Of a DNA stretch of 64,000 nucleotides, positions 54,807 to 63,554 are shown piece after piece. A program made the position numbers and the translations under genes. The stretch's first letter is position 1. The number at the start of each line of letters is the position of its first letter. This stretch comes from an uncultured cyanobacterium (GTDB lineage: Bacteria; Cyanobacteriota; Cyanobacteriia; PCC-6307; Cyanobiaceae): assembly GCA_963765575.1 (NCBI GenBank), contig CAVXWZ010000004.1:6477-70476 (forward strand). Direction: 5' to 3'. Below the pieces are notes generated by a model, which made no database searches, was not told the DNA's origin, and saw nothing but the letters and a program-made list of their open reading frames with translations.

Positions 54807-55901
54807 ATGGCCAGCTCCCAGCCCTCCAGCCCTCCAGCCCCAGGCCGGCGCGTGGCCGTCATCGGTGCCAGCGGTTACGGCGGACTGCAGACCTTGCGGC
54901 TGCTGCACGACCATCCCCACCTGGGCGTGACCTTCCTGGGTGGTGAGCGCAGCAGCGGTCGCCGCTGGAGTGAGATCACCCCCTTTCTGCCGCTGCCCGG
55001 CGATCCGCTGGTGCAGAGCGCCGATCCGGAGGCGATCGCGGCGGCGGCCGATTTCGCCGTGCTCAGCCTCCCCAACGGCCTGGCGGCCCAGCTGGTGCCG
55101 CCGCTGCTGGAGCGGGGGGTGCGCGTGGTCGACCTCTCCGCCGACTACCGCTACCGCTCCCTGGCCCAGTGGCAGCAGGTGTATGCGGCGGAGGCCCGCC
55201 AGGTGCCCCGCCAGGATGGCGACCTCTGCGCTGAAGCCGTCTACGGCCTGCCCGAGTGGCACGGCGAGCGCATCCGCACGGCCCGGCTGGTGGCGGCCCC
55301 CGGGTGCTTCCCCACCGCCTCCCTGCTGGGGCTGCTGCCCCTGCTCAAGCAGGGCCTGATCGAGACCCGCGGCATCGTCATCGACGCCAAGACCGGCACC
55401 AGCGGCGGCGGTCGGGCCGCCAAGCAACCCCTGCTGCTGGCCGAGGCGGCCGAGGCGGTGGCCCCCTATGGCGTGGTGGGTCACCGCCACACCAGCGAGA
55501 TCGAGCAGATCGCGGGCCAGGTGGCGGGGCGGGAGATCCAGCTGCAGTTCACGCCCCACCTGATGCCGATGGTGCGCGGCCTGCTGGCCACGGTGTACTG
55601 CCGCTTGCGCGATCCCGGCCTCACCGCCGACGACTGCAGCACCGTGCTGCGCACGGCCTACCGCGATGCCCCCGCGGTCACGGTGCTGCCGGTGGGCACC
55701 TACCCCTCCACCAAGTGGGTGCGGCAGACCAGCCGGGCGCTGCTGTCGCTGCAGGCGGACGCCCGCACGGGCCAGCTGATCGTGATGGGGGCCATCGACA
55801 ACCTGGTCAAGGGTCAGGCCGGCCAGGGGGTGCAGTGCCTCAACCTGATGGCGGGTCTGGAGGAGAGCACCGGCCTGCCGATGCTGCCCTTCTATCCCTG
55901 A
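54807..55901 (+). CDS. argC: N-acetyl-gamma-glutamyl-phosphate reductase
   Basis: VAVIGASGYGGLQTLRLL...APGCFPTA...DAKTGTSGGGR. Confidence 0.93.
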   Translation: MASSQPSSPPAPGRRVAVIGASGYGGLQTLRLLHDHPHLGVTFLGGERSSGRRWSEITPFLPLPGDPLVQSADPEAIAAAADFAVLSLPNGLAAQLVPPLLERGVRVVDLSADYRYRSLAQWQQVYAAEARQVPRQDGDLCAEAVYGLPEWHGERIRTARLVAAPGCFPTASLLGLLPLLKQGLIETRGIVIDAKTGTSGGGRAAKQPLLLAEAAEAVAPYGVVGHRHTSEIEQIAGQVAGREIQLQFTPHLMPMVRGLLATVYCRLRDPGLTADDCSTVLRTAYRDAPAVTVLPVGTYPSTKWVRQTSRALLSLQADARTGQLIVMGAIDNLVKGQAGQGVQCLNLMAGLEESTGLPMLPFYP

Positions 55902-56602
55902 GCAGGCTGAGCAGGTTCAGTCAGGCCCAGGTGCTGGGCCGCCAGCTGCACGGCCAGCGGCAGGATGCGGTGCTCCTGGCGCTGGATCCGCGCCGCCAGG
56001 CTGGCGTGATCATCCCCGGGCTGCACCGGCACCGCCGCCTGCACCAGGATCCGGCCGGCATCCACCTGCTCAGTCACCAGGTGGGCAGTGCAGCCGGCCA
56101 GCGTCACCCCGGCCGCCAGGGCCTGGCCCACGGCGTCCAGGCCCCGGAAGCTGGGCAGCAGGGAGGGATGGATGTTCAGCAGCCGCCCGGGGAAGGCGGC
56201 GATCAGCCGCGGGCTGACGATCCGCATCCAGCCGGCCATCACCACCAGGTCCACCGCCGCCGCGCCGAAGGCTTCGATCAGGGCGGCGTCGAGGGCTTCG
56301 CGGCTGGGCTGCCGGCGGTGGTCCAGCAGCCGGCAGGGCACCTCCAGCCGCCGCGCCCGCTCCAGCGCCCGGCAGCCGGGGTTGTTCACCACCAGCAGCA
56401 CCACGTCGGCGGGCGGCCGATCGGCCCGACCGGCGAGGGTCAGGGCCTCGAAGTTGCTGCCCTCCCCGGAGGCCATCACCCCCAGCCGCAGCCGGCGAGG
56501 AGCGGCGCACCCGGGCCCGGACGTTGCGGCAACTGGTGGCAACGGCCACTGGATGCCGTCCAGCTCCTGGCTAGGGTCTGAGAAAGCGGGCATCCGGTTC
56601 AT
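55892..56602 (-). CDS. purN: Phosphoribosylglycinamide formyltransferase
   Basis: Inner ATG of track ORF 55892..56866: LGVMASGEGSNFEAL...VVMAGWMRIV...LLNIHPSLLPSFRG...GCTAHLVTEQVDAG. Start is 56602, 56593 or 56617. It overlaps the argC end by 10 nt. Confidence 0.88.
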   Translation of the reverse strand: MNRMPAFSDPSQELDGIQWPLPPVAATSGPGCAAPRRLRLGVMASGEGSNFEALTLAGRADRPPADVVLLVVNNPGCRALERARRLEVPCRLLDHRRQPSREALDAALIEAFGAAAVDLVVMAGWMRIVSPRLIAAFPGRLLNIHPSLLPSFRGLDAVGQALAAGVTLAGCTAHLVTEQVDAGRILVQAAVPVQPGDDHASLAARIQRQEHRILPLAVQLAAQHLGLTEPAQPAQG

Positions 56603-56945
56603 GTCCCATCTCTCCATCCTGCCCACGGTGCTGCGCGACGCCGACCGTCTCGCCACCAGTCTGGAGTCCTTGGGCCTGCAGCCCCGCTGGGGCGGCCAGC
56701 TGGAGGGCTTTGCTGGCGAGGGCGAGGCGGTGGAGCTGCAGGTGCGGCTGGGTGGTGGCCAGGGGCTGGGCTGGGCGCGCCAGCGCGATGGCTCCCTGGC
56801 CCTGGTGGGTGACCTGCAGCGCATCAGCCGCAGCACCCGCCTGCAGGCCCTGCTGTCGGCCATCACCCGCCGCTACGCCGCCGAGACCGCCCTGGCCGAG
56901 GCGACCCGGCACCTCGAGGGCGCCCAGGTCAGCCTGAGTTTCTGA
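56601..56945 (+). CDS. DUF1257-like protein (Ycf35-like)
   Basis: Inner ATG of track ORF 56088..56945: MSHLSILPTVLRDADRLATSLESLGLQP... Confidence 0.75.
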   Translation: MSHLSILPTVLRDADRLATSLESLGLQPRWGGQLEGFAGEGEAVELQVRLGGGQGLGWARQRDGSLALVGDLQRISRSTRLQALLSAITRRYAAETALAEATRHLEGAQVSLSF

Positions 56946-56958
56946 GCGACGCTGCGCG

Positions 56959-58693
56959 GTGATCTTCGGCCCCCTCGTTCAGCTCGACCTCCGCGACAGC
57001 AAAACCCACCTGGTGGCGGTGAGCCTGGAGTTCCAACCCCAGGACCTGGAGCTGCGCTTTGCGCTGCCGTCCTGGACTCCCGGCTCCTACCTGATCCGCG
57101 ACTACGTGCGCCAGCTCGAGGGGCTGGAGCTGAGCCAGGACGATGTGCTGCTGGCCCCCCGGCGGACGGGTGTGGCCGCCTGGTCACTGACCCTGCCCCG
57201 GCTGGCCCCGCTGCGGCTGCGCTACCGCATCCTGGCCACCGAGCTCACGGTGCGCACCTGCCACCTCAGCGCCGAGCACGGCTTCCTGGCCCTGGCCGCG
57301 GTGGTGGTGCAGCTGGACGGCCAGCGCTGGCAACCGCACCGACTGCGGCTGCAGCTGCCGCCGGGCTGGCAGGCCTTCGTGCCCTTGCCCCCGCTGCCTG
57401 AGGGCGGTTGGCTGGCACGGGATTTTGACCAGCTGGTTGACACCCCGATCGAGGCCGGCCCCCATCCCTGCCACCACTTCGGCGTTGCCGGCGTGCCCCA
57501 TCGCTGGGTGGGCTGGGGCACCACCCTCAGCGGCGCTGACCTGCCCGCCGCCGACCCCCACTGGCTTGCCGATGTGGAGCGGGTGTGCCTGGCCTGCTGC
57601 CGGCTGATGGGGGTGGAGCGACCGGCGGCCGCGCACTACCTGTTCGTGCTTCACCTCACCGACAACGGTTACGGGGGCCTGGAACACGACCTCAGCACGG
57701 TGCTGCAGTACGGGCGTCGCCGCCTGGCCGAGGCCGGCGGCCGCCGCAAGCTTCTGCAGCTCGTGGCCCACGAATACCTGCACCAGTGGAACGTGCGCCG
57801 CCTGCGGCCCGCCGAGCTCAGCCCCTACGACTACGACCGTCCGGTGCTGGTGCCCAGCCTCTGGTTCGCCGAGGGCATCACCAGCTATGTGGACCAGCTG
57901 CTTCCCCATGCCGCCGGCCTCAGCACTGAAGCCGAGCTGCTCAGCGATCTGGGCGCTGATCTGAGCCGTTTCCTGCTCACCCCGGGCCGGGCCGTGCAGA
58001 GCCTGAGCCAGAGCGGCCAGGAGGCCTGGGTGAAGCTCTACAAGGCCGATGCCTATGCCATCGACAGCCAGATCAGCTATTACCTCAAAGGGGCGGTGCT
58101 GGCGCTGGTGCTGGATCTGCACCTGCGGCGCCATGGCAGCGGCCTGCCGGCGGTGCTGCGCCAGCTCTGGTGCAGCCATGGCCGCCACGGCCGCGGCTAC
58201 CGGCAGCACGACCTGTTCAACGCCTTCGCTGAGCGGGCGCCCGACCTCGCCACCCTGCTGCCGCTCTGGCTGGACAGCCTCGACGACCCTCCCCTGGAGG
58301 ACTATCTGGCCGACGTGGGCGTGGTCCTGCTGCCTGAGCGCAGCGACGATCCCTGGCTGGGCTGGCATCTGGAGGTGGCCACAGGGGGCTTGACGACCCG
58401 GCGGATCCTGCGGGACTCTCCTGCGGAGCAGGCCGGGTTGATGGTCGGAGATGAGCTGATCGCCCTGGCCGGCCAGCGGCTCCGTCGCCCCGAGGACGTG
58501 GCGCCGGTGCTGGCGGCCGCCACGGGTTGGCACCGCGCTGGAGGCCGTGCTGACCCGAGACGGTCGCCTGCTCTCGGTTCAGCTCACCCCCGCTCCACCC
58601 CGGGTGAAGGGCTGGCGGCTGGAGGTGGATGCCACGGCACCGGCGGCGGTCAGCGACCACCGGCGCCGTTGGCTGGCCCTGGAGTTGCCGTGA
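56959..58693 (+). pseudogene. M61 glycyl-aminopeptidase-like metallopeptidase with PDZ domain, with a +1 frameshift near 58525-58531
   Basis: VAHEYLHQWN (HExxH) and a PDZ-like ...AEQAGLMVGDELIALAG. The C-terminus TALEAVLTRDGRLLSVQLTPAPPRVKGWRLEV...WLALELP* is readable only in the next frame (58532-58693). Confidence 0.8.
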
Positions 58694-59565
58694 TCCAGCG
58701 TCATCGGCGTCTGGTGCTGGCCGCTGTGGCCCTCGGCGTCATCGGCCTCGGCGGCCTGGGCTGGCTGGCCCGCGATGACTCCGGCCGGCTCGCCGGTGTC
58801 GGTGGGCGCCGCTCCCTGCTCGATCTGCTTGAGGAAGTGCGCCAACAACCCCCCAGCGAGCCCGAGGTGGCGCCAGACCCGGCGCCAGCCCCCCCGCCCC
58901 ATGCGGCCTGGAGTTCTCCCCTGCGCGCCAGCTGCCGACCGCCGGACCCCCAGCGCCGCCAGCAGTTGCTCGCCCTGGCCAGTCGCTTGCGCAGCTCCCC
59001 CGATCGGATCCAGATCGATCCCACCAACTACGGCGCGCGCCACGTCCGCGATGCCTTCGGCAACCCGCTGGATGCCACCCCCCGGGTGGTGGTGCTGCAC
59101 GAGACGGTGTTCAGCATGGAGTCGGCGATCAACACCTTCCGCACCCCCCACCCCCGGGATGAGGACCAGGTGAGTTACCACGCCATGATCGGCCTCGACG
59201 GCCGGGTGGTGATCCTGCTCGATCCATCCCAGCGCGCCTTTGGCGCCGGCAACTCCGCCTTCCTCGGAGAGTGGGCGATCACCAACGCCAAGGTGCGGGG
59301 CTCGGTCAACAATTTCGCCCTGCATGTGAGTCTGGAGACCCCCGCCGACGGCGAACACGTCGGGCCTGTCCACAGCGGCTACACCTCGGCGCAGTACGAC
59401 GGCCTGGCGGCCCTGCTGGCGGTGTGGATGGAGACCTATCCGATTCCCCCCAGCCAGGTGACCACGCACATGGCCGTGGATTTGTGGGGGGAGCGGGCCG
59501 ACCCACGCAGCTTCGACTGGGAAGCCCTGCAGGTGCGCCTGGAGAGCCTCGGTCTGCTCTGCTGA
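58690..59565 (+). CDS. N-acetylmuramoyl-L-alanine amidase (amidase_2/PGRP-like) with N-terminal TM
   Basis: GTG 58690 overlaps the M61 stop (GTGA). VIQRHRRLVLAAVALGVIGLGGLGWL TM segment; RVVVLHETVFSMESAINTF...SYHAMIGLDG...NFALHVSLE...GYTSAQYDGLAALLA. Confidence 0.8.
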   Translation: MIQRHRRLVLAAVALGVIGLGGLGWLARDDSGRLAGVGGRRSLLDLLEEVRQQPPSEPEVAPDPAPAPPPHAAWSSPLRASCRPPDPQRRQQLLALASRLRSSPDRIQIDPTNYGARHVRDAFGNPLDATPRVVVLHETVFSMESAINTFRTPHPRDEDQVSYHAMIGLDGRVVILLDPSQRAFGAGNSAFLGEWAITNAKVRGSVNNFALHVSLETPADGEHVGPVHSGYTSAQYDGLAALLAVWMETYPIPPSQVTTHMAVDLWGERADPRSFDWEALQVRLESLGLLC

Positions 59566-59579
59566 ACCTCTGCTGAACC
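59558..59579. repeat. 11-bp tandem duplication tctgctgaacc x2 spanning the amidase stop codon
   Basis: Read directly; stop TGA at 59563-59565 and its copy at 59574-59576. Confidence 0.85.
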
Positions 59580-59624
59580 CTCCTGACGGTCTGCTCTGCG
59601 AGCTGACGGTGAGCGCAGTGAGGC

Positions 59625-60653
59625 TCAGATCAGTGGTGAGATCTGGTGGTTGCGCTGGCCGTAGATCAGGGCGTGCAGTTCGGGGTCCTGCATCAGCGCC
59701 AGGATGCCGCGTGGATAGTCGAGCTTGCCGTTGTGCAGGTAGGCGAGGGTGGCCAGGCCCTTGGCGTCCTTGGGGCTGCCGCTGGCCACGAGGATGCGGT
59801 CGCTGGGGAAGTCGAGGGCGCTTTTCAGGCGCGAGAACTTGCCCACCAGCAGGGCGACGTTTTGCTCGGGATCGAGCAGCTGATTGCGGGCGGCCGTGAT
59901 CTCCTCGGGGCTGGCGTCTTCCCTGAGCAACCCCTGGTGCACCAGTTCCTGCACCCCGATCTGGGCCGGTCCATGGGTGGAGAACAGCCCCGAGTGGGCG
60001 GCGATGGGATGATTTTCACCGGGTTTGGCGTGCCGCAGTTCGTCGAACAGGATCGCCGTCACCAGCAGGGGATTGATGTTGGCCCGGGCGCATTCGCTCA
60101 GGATCACCGGCCTGAGGGTTTCGATCTGGTCGAGGGTCTGGGTGCGCAGTGGCCGCAGTTGGTCGATGCCGCTGCTGAACAACTGGGCCAGGCGGGGCTG
60201 GGGGCCATGCACCCCGAAGCGGCGATGCAGCTCCTGGAGTTCTTCGGGGCTGAAGCGCAGCGGATCAGCCGTGAAGCGATCGACAGCGTCCCCCGGGCGG
60301 CTGGGCAGTACATCCAACCGGTTGGGCACCGTGGCGGCGGAGCCATCCCCCAGGTCCTGGGCCCAATCCATCCATACGGGCGGCCCCTTGCCGGCCATCG
60401 GCAGGCTGATCGAGAGCATCAAGCTGGCGGCCAAGCCCAGAACCCGGCGGCCGCTCTGGCCACGACCATTGCCGCGGGCGCAATCTTTGCTGTGGGCGCA
60501 ATCTTTGCTGCGGCCAAGGCGGAGGGGGAGATGGCGGGAATGGATCAGGTAGAGCACCGCTGCGGGGAGGACTGCGTCAGCGCAGATCAAAACAACTCTA
60601 GGCACCACGTCCAGGCCCCTTCGCCGCCGTGAGGCGGTCGCGGAGCCGGCCAC
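59625..60653 (-). CDS. Hypothetical exported/membrane protein, possibly lysozyme/transglycosylase-like
   Basis: Track ORF. ...ECARANINPLLVTAILFDELRH...GPAQIGVQELV loosely resembles an SLT-type active-site region. The start is uncertain. Contains the 18-bp in-frame duplication. Confidence 0.5.
   Translation of the reverse strand: MAGSATASRRRRGLDVVPRVVLICADAVLPAAVLYLIHSRHLPLRLGRSKDCAHSKDCARGNGRGQSGRRVLGLAASLMLSISLPMAGKGPPVWMDWAQDLGDGSAATVPNRLDVLPSRPGDAVDRFTADPLRFSPEELQELHRRFGVHGPQPRLAQLFSSGIDQLRPLRTQTLDQIETLRPVILSECARANINPLLVTAILFDELRHAKPGENHPIAAHSGLFSTHGPAQIGVQELVHQGLLREDASPEEITAARNQLLDPEQNVALLVGKFSRLKSALDFPSDRILVASGSPKDAKGLATLAYLHNGKLDYPRGILALMQDPELHALIYGQRNHQISPLI
60477..60512. repeat. 18-bp in-frame tandem duplication (gggcgcaatctttgctgt/c)
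   Basis: Encodes SKDCAHSKDCAR on the minus strand. Confidence 0.85.
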
Positions 60654-60754
60654 GGGCGCTTGCAGAGCCTGCCCCAGGTGGGCGTCCGCACACGACGACC
60701 GGGTGCCTCACGACTAGGTTGCCCGGGCGTTCCCTCCCCGGAGCAGCCGAGGCC

Positions 60755-62329
60755 ATGACCGCTGAGTACGACCGCACCGATTCCGGCCGCCAGTGGCAGC
60801 GCTTCTGCGATCTGCTCTGGTACGACGACGCCCTGGGCTTCTGGCTGGATGTGAGCCGCATGGCCGTTGGCCCCGCCGACCTCGACCAGCTGCGCCCGCG
60901 CTTTGAGCAGGCCTTCAATGCCATGGCCGCCCTGGAGGCCGGTGCCATCGCCAATGCCGATGAGCAGCGCATGGTGGGCCATTACTGGCTGCGCACGCCG
61001 GAGCTGGCCCCGGATGCCGCCACCGGGGCCCACATCGCCGCCGAAGTGGAGCGCATTGCCGTCTTCGGGCGGGACCAACTGGCCGCCGGCCGTTTCAGCG
61101 CTGTGGTGTGGATCGGCATCGGTGGCTCGGGGCTGGGGCCGCTGCTGATGGTGGAGGCCCTGGGGCCGGTGGACCGGGCGTTGCCGTTTCACTTCCTCGA
61201 CAACGTGGATCCCGAGGGCATCAGCAGCACCCTGGCGGCCCTCGGTGAGCGCCTGCGCACCGCCCTGGTGGTGGTGGTGAGCAAGTCCGGCGGCACCCCC
61301 GAACCGCGCATCGGCATGGAGCAGGTGCGGGCCCGCCTGGAATCGATGGGTGGCCGTTGGCCCGAGCAGGCCGTGGCCATCACCATGCCGGGCAGCCGTC
61401 TGGATCAGCTGGCCGAACGGGAGGGCTGGCTGGCCCGTTTCGACATGTTCGACTGGGTGGGTGGGCGCACCAGCATCACCAGTGCGGTGGGTCTGCTGCC
61501 CGCGGCCCTGCTCGGCGTTGACCTCCAGGCCTTTCTGGCCGGGGCCGCCGCCATGGACCGGGCCACCCGCCTGCCGGAGCCGGAGGGCAATCCCGCCGCC
61601 CTGCTGGCCGCCTCCTGGTATGTGGCCGGTGGGGGCCGGGGCCTGCGGGACATGGTGGTGCTGCCCTACCGCGATCGCCTGGCGGTGTTCAGCCGCTACC
61701 TGCAGCAGCTGGTGATGGAAAGCCTGGGTAAGCGCTGCGACCGCAACGGCAGCGTGGTCACCCAGGGGCTGGCGGTCTACGGCAACAAGGGCTCCACCGA
61801 TCAGCACGCCTACGTGCAGCAGCTGCGCGACGGCATCGACAACTTCTTCGCCACCTTCATCGAGGTGCTGGAAGACGGCGGTGATCTGCCCGCGATCCAG
61901 GCTGAACGCCCCGGTGACGTGCTCGGGGGCTTCCTGCAGGGCACCCGCTCGGCCCTGCTGGAGGGGGGGCGCCAGAGCCTCTCGATCACCCTGAGGCGCT
62001 TCGACGCCCGCGCCCTCGGGGCCTTGATCGCCCTGTTTGAGCGGGCCGTGGGGCTCTATGCCGAACTGGTGAACATCAACGCCTACGACCAGCCGGGCGT
62101 GGAGGCGGGCAAGCGGGCGGCTGCAGCGGTGCTGGAGCTGCAGGAGCGGCTGCTGAGCCAGCTCGCCGACGGCCAGAGCCGCAGCCTGGAGGAGCTGCAG
62201 CAGCTGCTGGCTGCGGACAGTGCCGAATCGCTGTTCTGGATCCTGCGCCACCAGTGCGCCAACGACCCCGGCCTGCTGGTGCAGGGCGACTGGGGCCGGC
62301 CCACCAGCCTGCGCTTCAGCCGCTCCTGA
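60755..62329 (+). CDS. pgi: Glucose-6-phosphate isomerase
   Basis: Inner ATG of track ORF 60629..62329: ...ANADEQRMVGHYWLR...IGIGGSGLGP...VVVSKSGGTPE...GGRTSITSAVGLLP...STDQHAYVQQLRDG. Confidence 0.95.
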   Translation: MTAEYDRTDSGRQWQRFCDLLWYDDALGFWLDVSRMAVGPADLDQLRPRFEQAFNAMAALEAGAIANADEQRMVGHYWLRTPELAPDAATGAHIAAEVERIAVFGRDQLAAGRFSAVVWIGIGGSGLGPLLMVEALGPVDRALPFHFLDNVDPEGISSTLAALGERLRTALVVVVSKSGGTPEPRIGMEQVRARLESMGGRWPEQAVAITMPGSRLDQLAEREGWLARFDMFDWVGGRTSITSAVGLLPAALLGVDLQAFLAGAAAMDRATRLPEPEGNPAALLAASWYVAGGGRGLRDMVVLPYRDRLAVFSRYLQQLVMESLGKRCDRNGSVVTQGLAVYGNKGSTDQHAYVQQLRDGIDNFFATFIEVLEDGGDLPAIQAERPGDVLGGFLQGTRSALLEGGRQSLSITLRRFDARALGALIALFERAVGLYAELVNINAYDQPGVEAGKRAAAAVLELQERLLSQLADGQSRSLEELQQLLAADSAESLFWILRHQCANDPGLLVQGDWGRPTSLRFSRS

Positions 62330-62882
62330 GCTGGGGCGGGGCTGGGGTGAGGCGGCAGCGCAGCACCGCCAGGGCCTCATCCGGCAGCCCCAGGAACCGG
62401 TCCAGCCAGGGGTCACCACTGGCTGGCACCTGTGCCACCCCCACCAGCAGGCCCTCGCCGGCGGCATCGAGGGCCATGCCCCGGCAGTGATGGCGCCGGC
62501 TGCTGACGGCGCCGGTGCCCAGCTCGGTGTCGATCGCCAGGGCGGCCGGCCGGTAGATCCCCAGCGCGCTGCAGTGGAACCGGGCCCGGAAGCGCAGGTT
62601 CAGGGCGCCGCGCTGGGAGTCCAGCTCACCGCTCAGCTGCTGGGGTTCGATGCTGATCGTGAGCCCCGGTGGCAGGGGCAGCCCCAGCACGCGGGTGCTG
62701 CGCCAGCTCAGGGGTGGAATCCGCAGCTGCTGGGGGTTGAACTGCAACCGCCGGCCGTGCTCGCCGGGTTCGCCGAGTACACCGATGCCGCCACCGCCGC
62801 GGGCGTCGTAGCTGAAGCGGGGATAGGCCCCGATCGCCAGGCCGCAACCGGCCATGGTGGTGAGCTGCAGCTCCATGGGCAC
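62316..62882 (-). CDS. Hypothetical protein
   Basis: Track ORF with good codon bias, 3 nt downstream of the PPC-Grx gene. It overlaps the pgi end by 14 nt. Confidence 0.5.
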   Translation of the reverse strand: MPMELQLTTMAGCGLAIGAYPRFSYDARGGGGIGVLGEPGEHGRRLQFNPQQLRIPPLSWRSTRVLGLPLPPGLTISIEPQQLSGELDSQRGALNLRFRARFHCSALGIYRPAALAIDTELGTGAVSSRRHHCRGMALDAAGEGLLVGVAQVPASGDPWLDRFLGLPDEALAVLRCRLTPAPPQLRSG

Positions 62883-62885
62883 GGC

Positions 62886-63497
62886 TCAGAGCTGGCGCAG
62901 GGGTTCCAGCGCACCCCGTCCATGCAGCTCGGCCAGGGCGTCGTAGCCACCGATCCTGGTGCCGTCGATGAACACCTGCGGCACCGGGCCCTGCTCGCTG
63001 TGCTGCACCCTGTGGGGGATGGAGAGGGTGCGCAGCATGCGCAGCGCCCGGGCGCTGTAGGGACAGCCGGCGGCCACGACGATCTCCACGCGCGGGCCCT
63101 GCTGGGGGGTGATGGTCTGGGCCGGAGCCCCGTGGCTGACCGGGGCTCCGGCGGCGGCGGCCGGGGGGGCCTCCTGCAGCAATCCCACGAGCACGTCGGC
63201 GCCCTTCAGCACCAGGGTGCCGGGCTCCAGATGGCCTCCCCACACCTGGCAGTTGCCATCGGAGAGGCTGAGGTGCAGGTGCACGCCGTCGGGCGCGATC
63301 GTGCCCTGGAGGGTGATGATCTCCAGCTCGCCCCGCACCAGGGTGGGCTGGTTCTGGCCCGGACACTGGAAAGCGGCCTGGGAGAGATTGCCCACCACGC
63401 TGAGCACGAAACCCTCGGCCTGATGGGCGGCGCCCAGGTGCGCCAGGCTGCGGTGCACGTCGCTGCCGGGATCGAGGTGCAGCGGCACGGCACGCAT
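62886..63497 (-). CDS. PPC/DUF296-like domain fused to a glutaredoxin-like domain (CPYS)
   Basis: Inner ATG 63497 of track ORF 62886..63788: ...FVLSVVGNLSQAAF...LEIITLQGTI...HLHLSLSD, a linker, then VEIVVAAGCPYSARALRML...PQVFIDGTRIGGYDAL. Confidence 0.7.
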   Translation of the reverse strand: MRAVPLHLDPGSDVHRSLAHLGAAHQAEGFVLSVVGNLSQAAFQCPGQNQPTLVRGELEIITLQGTIAPDGVHLHLSLSDGNCQVWGGHLEPGTLVLKGADVLVGLLQEAPPAAAAGAPVSHGAPAQTITPQQGPRVEIVVAAGCPYSARALRMLRTLSIPHRVQHSEQGPVPQVFIDGTRIGGYDALAELHGRGALEPLRQL

Positions 63498-63554
63498 GGG
63501 ATCGGACGGGGGGATGCAGAGGGCCAAGCTACGTTCCAGGCCGCGCCGCCCCGG

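Noticed and set aside
60587-62467. 626-aa minus-strand ORF
   Set aside because: It is antisense to pgi and has no motifs.
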